Below, in pieces: positions 60,363-64,000 of a stretch of DNA of 64,000 nucleotides. Positions within the stretch are counted from its first letter, which is position 1; the number at the start of each line of letters is the position of its first letter. The notes under the pieces were generated by a model. That model was given only the letters and a program-made list of their open reading frames with translations, was not told the DNA's origin and did not search any database. Location: positions 116,126,001 through 116,190,000 of the forward strand of contig OZ024742.1 of NCBI GenBank assembly GCA_964016885.1. Reading direction: 5' to 3'. The position numbers were made by a program, and so were the translations under genes. This stretch comes from Eledone cirrhosa (taxonomy: Eukaryota).

Positions 60363-60532
60363 GTGTACTCAATGCATGGGGAGACTCAATGTGGGTAGAG
60401 ACATATGTAAAATCCCGACAACGCAGTTCGGCTTCCATGTTCAGAAATGTTTTTAATGGTGTAGTAACCCTTGAAAATGTTTCTTGAAGACACAAGCCGA
60501 AAGCGGTTGGCGCTGCGGTCGGGATTTACACG
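60358..60532 (-). mobile_element. Degenerate fold-back element plus tail
   Basis: TGTAAAATCCCGAC..GCAG / CTGCGGTCGGGATTTACA arms and an ATTGAGTAC-type tail. Confidence 0.5.
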
Positions 60533-60620
<88 letters not shown>

Positions 60621-60926
60621 GGTGTGTTAGTGTGTGTATGAGTGCATGTATATCTACAATAATATACGTGTGTGTATCTGTCTATGTTTGTATGTCTGTA
60701 TGCATGTATCTGTATATAAATACACCCTCTAGATTTCCTCACCTCACTTTTCGTGCCACAATGTTTATTGTCTTGTTTCGATTAAAATTTCCTCCTGAAA
60801 GACATATTACAATATCTTTTCTTTCTCTTGTAATCATTATCATTCGTTATCATCATTTTCCTAACCCTCATCATAAACTTCATCACCACCATTATACACA
60901 TTATTCTCAGTAGGAGTAGCAGTAAT

Positions 60927-60964
<38 letters not shown>

Positions 60965-61086
60965 ATTAGTCTTGACATTGTGCACTGTTACTCGACCTTA
61001 TTGTAAACCCCCACTGTCCCTGTCTTTGTATTGTCCCCTACATGTCGGCCCTTGTGGCTAATAAATGAAATCATTATTATTATTAT

Positions 61087-61087
<1 letters not shown>

Positions 61088-61117
<30 letters not shown>

Positions 61118-61120
61118 TGC

Positions 61121-61173
<53 letters not shown>

Positions 61174-61182
61174 CAGTAGTAG
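61088..61182. repeat. (TAG)n microsatellite
   Basis: Seen directly. Confidence 0.9.
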
Positions 61183-62319
61183 TATCAACAGTCTTCACTG
61201 CACTAGCAGTCAGCAAAATTACAAGACAACCTATTTCTCTCTATCTCTTTGAATTCTTAAACTCTTAATCCCCGACAACTCCCACTTCTTTGTTAGTTTA
61301 AAGTAAACGAAAAATATTTCCAGTTGTGTTAATCTTTCTAAGTCTCTCCCCCTCTTACTCTCTCCGTGCATCTTACTGATTCATTTTCCCTCTCTGTCTT
61401 ACTGTGTCTGTATCACCCTCTATGTCTTACACTTTCATCTCTCACACCCCACTATCTCTCTCGTAACTGAATCCATTATATTTTATTCTTTAATTTGAAT
61501 TTTAAGAATCTCTGTCGTATTCTCTCTCTATTGTAATCTTTGATATTAGGTTTCATCTTCTTCTTTCCCCCTCTCTCCTTTGCTCTCTATGTTTCTATCT
61601 CACTATCTCTAATCATATATATATGGTGGGTGAAAACAATGGAAAACAGACGAAACACAGGAAAGTCCTTTCTCATCTGATGACTAATTGATATATACAT
61701 ACATATTTTTTTTTCTGGTAAATTGTACGATTTCAAACTCCCATTTTAGGTTGTTATTCTTATATCTTCTCTCTCTCACTCACACGTCCTTCTCTCTCTC
61801 TTTCTCTCTTTTTCTCTCTCTCTCTGTTTTGTCTCCTACATCTCATTCTCTAGTATTTATTTCCACCTCCACTTCTTCTTAATCTCCTTCTTCAACTCCG
61901 ACTGCTGTACAACATTAGTATTTTCTCCAGCTACCAATATCTCCCTCATATGTCGTTTTTTTCTCTCTCACACGCGCCTAAATCCCACCCCTTCCTTTAC
62001 CCTGGTTCCATAAACTTTCCAAAAACTATATTTATCCTATTAACTCTTTTAACTTTACTTCTCTTTGATCGCGTAATCCGTATTTCGATCCGTACCCTAC
62101 TTCTGTTGATAAAGCTGCAACAATATTTTGGTGTCTGTCTGTTTGGTGAGGAGGTAGATGGAAGCGAGCAGTTTAAAGAATATGGGTGACTTGATGTGAA
62201 AGAAGAATAATGATTTCAAAGAATGTTGGGGAGGGAATGGAATCAGTCAAAGAAAAAAATTATTTAAAATTTGAAGAGAGAAATATTGATTTTTTATTTA
62301 CGCACGAGATCAGCAAATT

Positions 62320-62460
62320 TGTAGCAAGGGCAAATGAACCCAGTAACTTCACTGGTATTTTATTTCATCGACCCCGGAAGGATGACCTCGGCGAGATTTG
62401 AACTCAGAAACTAAAGAACCAGAACAAATACCACAATGGCATGTTTCTCGATACTCCACC
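62320..62460 (-). mobile_element. Diverged SINE
   Basis: ACTGGTATTTTATTTCATCGACCCCGGAAGGATGA..CCTCGGCGAGATTTGAACTCAG. Confidence 0.65.
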
Positions 62461-63077
62461 AATTTTGCCCAATTCACAACCTTTGAAGAAAGAAATATTG
62501 ACATAGTAATGTCAGAATGAAACATACAAAACAATAGAATGAAACGGAGGAGTTTTGTTGAATCGTGTGAGATAAGGAAACAATAAATGAAAACAACGAA
62601 ACAAAAAGAAACAGCAACAACAAGAACAATAATGCTTTCTAATTGAGGCACAAGGTCATTAAGTTTGAAGGGAGGAGAAAGTTGATTATATTGACAACAA
62701 TACTCGAGCAATACTATATATATCAACCCCGGAATGATGAGGTGTAATGGTTATCCAAGACAGGATTTGCTCACAATCTACTTTAATTAAAAATACTCAC
62801 TAATTTAGACATGTGGAAAATATAGGGTTCAATTCCTGATAGCGGCTGATGGCAACTCCTTTTTTCCGTCTTTTAAGGGTGTTCGCCCTATTTTATAAGC
62901 TAGGTTACAGCATTTCTGCGCTTGAACACTAACTTTATACTTATATATACATATATTCTTAGTTCTTCAAAAAGCCGAAAAATGTGCTTCGTATATTATA
63001 TATATATATATATATAAAGTAATACAATCTTAATTTAAAACAAATCAAGAAGAAAACCTTTAACCTGATATATATAT

Positions 63078-63555
63078 GTGGGATTTGAGCTCAGATCATA
63101 AAGAGCCGTAACTCTATGTTGCAAAGCATGTCGTCCGACCCTCTACCGATACTGCCAATCCACCTTGGATTGGCAGTATCGGAAGAGCGTCAGACGCAAT
63201 GCTTGGTAGCATAGAGTTATGACCCTTTACGTTCTGAGTTCAAATCCCACCGAGGCTAACTTTGTCTTTCATCCTTACAGGTTCGATAAAACAAAGTACC
63301 AGTAATGCACTGGGATAATTGCTGGCCTTGCGCCAAAAGTAGAAACAATTATTATTAATAATAATAATTGTTTCTACTTTTGGCACAAGGCCAGCAATTA
63401 CTCAGTGCATTACTGGTACTTTATTTTTTCGACCCCGTAAGGTTGAAAGGCAAAGTTGACCTCGGTGGGATTTAAACTCAGAATGGAAAGGGCCGTAACT
63501 CTATGCGTCAAAGCATGACGTCCGACCCTCTACCGATTCTGCCAATCCACCGCCC
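63078..63555. mobile_element. Three abutting SINE copies in alternating orientation (- 63078-63164, + 63166-63358, - 63361-63555)
   Basis: Head-to-head junction at 63165 and tail-to-tail junction at 63360. Confidence 0.85.
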
Positions 63556-64000
63556 TTATTATTAATAATAATAATAATAATAATTGTTTCTTTCTTAAGC
63601 ATATTTCTTTAAATATAGAAAAAACAAAACATTACGGACAACCCAGAAGAAAACTTTGTGTGTGTGTGCATGTGTGTGTGTGTTTCTTGGCAGCAGTGTT
63701 TATTAAGAAACACAGTTGATCGGCATATTTATATGAAGTTTTATCAACAGTATATTTCTGGCTTGGCACGAAGTAGGTAGTGATAAAATATAAAAGTATG
63801 AAGTCTTTTATTTTACGTTTTCTCTACTTCTGTCCCTTGTAAAATATTAAACTGTAAAACATTTACTGCATATAAACTGATAGCATATGGATGAATACAA
63901 TATATATATATGGAATTTGACTGACATCTTGGGTTAGCAAGAATAATATACTAATATAAAAACATTGTGTATTTGTCCGTCACACACCAAATATAACTGA

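Overview
AT-rich eukaryotic DNA saturated with (TA)n/(CA)n/(GA)n microsatellites; I can support no host protein-coding exon. The tRNA-derived SINE and overall repeat landscape resemble an octopus (coleoid cephalopod) intron or intergenic region (inference). Almost all long ORFs in the track are translated microsatellites. Real coding remnants are all mobile-element fragments: two RTE LINEs, a CR1-type LINE, a CRE-like restriction-like endonuclease (REL), two copies of an R4/NeSL-like 3' end sitting in (TATG)n, a Chapaev3-like transposase, a degenerate PIF1-like helicase and three Penelope-like element (PLE) GIY-YIG endonuclease fragments. A hAT MITE, about 10 SINEs and a ~2.9-kb tandem duplication are also present. 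The main signal is invisible to the ORF track: roughly 20 short (150-750 bp) fold-back or partial-tandem elements from many unrelated families sit in (TA)n tracts. Many carry type I hammerhead ribozyme cores (CUGAnGA...GAAA...UH), several in both polarities, and share a covarying 3' tail hairpin. Three PLE remnants with the same ends tie these elements to a PLE reverse transcriptase/endonuclease. Non-PLE sequences next to (TA)n tracts have also been copied into inverted repeats. All structures were read by eye; no folding, alignment or database search was run.
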